A stretch of DNA of 35,113 nucleotides, taken from positions 62,001 through 97,113 of the forward strand of contig NKIB01009726.1 of assembly GCA_002256025.1 (NCBI GenBank). The letters run 5' to 3'. Under the pieces are notes generated by a model. The model did no database searches. It was not told the DNA's origin and was given only the letters and a program-made list of their open reading frames with translations. The stretch comes from Asterionella formosa (taxonomy: Eukaryota). Shown here piece by piece: positions 33,681 to 35,113 of the stretch (position 1 is the first letter of the stretch; each line of letters begins with the position of its first letter). The translations under genes and the position numbers were made by a program.

Positions 33681-34712
33681 TCATTTATTCGGTGAACCAA
33701 TTGTTCGACATTGCCGTAAATATTCAAAGAGGATGACACTCCCGCAAACTGCTGCATTCAGACTCTCAATTCCTACCTCCATAGGGACGTGAACACTCTT
33801 TATTTCGCCTGATACGACTTTGTCTCGAACCACATCACTTAACCCATTGCCTTCGCTCCCGATTACCATTGCAGTAGGACTTTGGGTCCAAGCCACATCG
33901 TAGTGAGGAACAGAAACCATGCCATCCTCCATTGTTGCTGCGTAAATCTCTCCTACATTCCACGCACTCAAGACTTTTTGGGCATGGTCCATAGATTCAA
34001 CCTGAAGCATGGGTACTTGGAACGAGCATCCCATAGCTGAACGTACTGCTTTTGGATTCCACACATCGCAGCAATGGGGAAGAAGCAACACACAAGCAAC
34101 GCCTGTGGCAACCGAAGATCGGAGTAAGGTACCAAGATTTCCAGGGTCTGCAACGCCGTCCAATACGAGGTAAAGTGGGAATTTTTGATTACAGAATGGT
34201 ATATTCTCTGCGGACGGTTCCGGTGGAATGGAGACTGTTGCCACAATCCCTTGAGGTGTTATTGTGTCACTGCATGCGGTCAACACTTCAGCAGAACCTT
34301 GACAAACCAACAATTCACTCCCATAGGTTTCAACCAGTTCCTCAGTCCACTCGGGTCGATCAATAGATACCACAACTTGCTGTACGAGCGAACGTGTTCG
34401 CAGATTTTTGAGCAAGTCGAAGATCATTCTGGGCCCTTCGACGACTGTTTGTTGGGCCTCGGTGCGTTTCTTTCGTTTCGACAATAATGCTTGAATTTTC
34501 TTGACTGTGTTGGATTTAGTCGATGTGATGATGTCTGAAGTGAATTGTGACAGTCGCAGCTGTGATGTAAATTGGTTCGTCGATCGTCGCGTAGCTGCAA
34601 AGGTATGGATTGTTGGTATTCTCGACAACATGACTATGGCGATGATGGATGCAAAGGACAGGAACAATTTCGTGTATCTGGTGGTGTTCCCTTTGTTCGC
34701 ACGTGAGATCAT
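33681..34712 (-). CDS. SpoU/TrmH-family (SPOUT) RNA 2'-O-methyltransferase, 343 aa, probably organelle-targeted
   Basis: VVEG, LVLDGVADPGNLGTLLRS, WNPKAVRSAMG, VIGSEGNGL and VPM...IESLNAAV SPOUT motifs. N-terminal hydrophobic plus Ser/Thr/Arg-rich extension. Confidence 0.93.
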   Translation of the reverse strand: MISRANKGNTTRYTKLFLSFASIIAIVMLSRIPTIHTFAATRRSTNQFTSQLRLSQFTSDIITSTKSNTVKKIQALLSKRKKRTEAQQTVVEGPRMIFDLLKNLRTRSLVQQVVVSIDRPEWTEELVETYGSELLVCQGSAEVLTACSDTITPQGIVATVSIPPEPSAENIPFCNQKFPLYLVLDGVADPGNLGTLLRSSVATGVACVLLLPHCCDVWNPKAVRSAMGCSFQVPMLQVESMDHAQKVLSAWNVGEIYAATMEDGMVSVPHYDVAWTQSPTAMVIGSEGNGLSDVVRDKVVSGEIKSVHVPMEVGIESLNAAVCGSVILFEYLRQCRTIGSPNK

Positions 34713-34863
34713 TTGCCTTCCCTTTTATCACCAAGGCAGACTGTTGGATATTTCTCTTTTATTGCTCTTGAAGGTTTATGGTAGGAGAACCTTTATCCTT
34801 GAAGCGAAGCGTCTGCTGTCTTGTTTGAATATATGAATGTGTGATGTTAGATATGGACAAAAT

Positions 34864-34926
34864 GTACCATGTACCAGAGGACCTGGCATGGTAACTGGTA
34901 GTGGTACCAGGTACCAGGTACCAGGT
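34864..34926. repeat. Short GGTACCA 7-mer array upstream of the SpoU gene
   Basis: ggtaccaggtaccaggtaccaggt preceded by degenerate units; same unit as at 27408-27480. Confidence 0.8.
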
Positions 34927-35113
34927 GAGCGATCTTGCGCATCAATACAGATGTATATAGGGTTAGTGTTATATCATATATGTATCAGAACTCAATAATG
35001 AGAGAACTCGACTAACCCTCATTGTATACTTTGGTGTCGACTTGGAGAACGAGTTACACACAAGGATTAACAAATAAGCTCATATATTCAACAAATACTA
35101 CTACTTCTAGTTA

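Overview
Eukaryotic nuclear DNA, most likely a pennate diatom (inferred from short GT-AG introns, a diatom-type LRR protein, and a CoDi-like Copia end). Eight apparently intact genes: MON2 (-, 1 intron), an FHA-like orphan (+), a probably GPI-anchored secretory lipase (+), a 4-exon membrane protein (+), a CHD6-9-type remodeller (-, 1 intron), a type II membrane LRR protein (+, 1 intron), an SDE2-SPRY fusion (-) and a SpoU/TrmH methyltransferase (-). There is also a YheT-family hydrolase pseudogene (+). Positions 1-1.1 kb and ~6.8-17.9 kb contain decayed transposon fragments and repeats. Best unexplained signals: (1) a ~190-nt GC-rich element (12477-12665) between CAACAA direct repeats that folds into a rod with three copies of one internal-loop motif, and whose second, inverted half-copy lies on the far side of the lipase gene; (2) strong enrichment of the palindrome TACCGGTA and its relatives outside intact CDSs, resembling transposon excision footprints. 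All calls were made by eye; no searches or folding programs were run.
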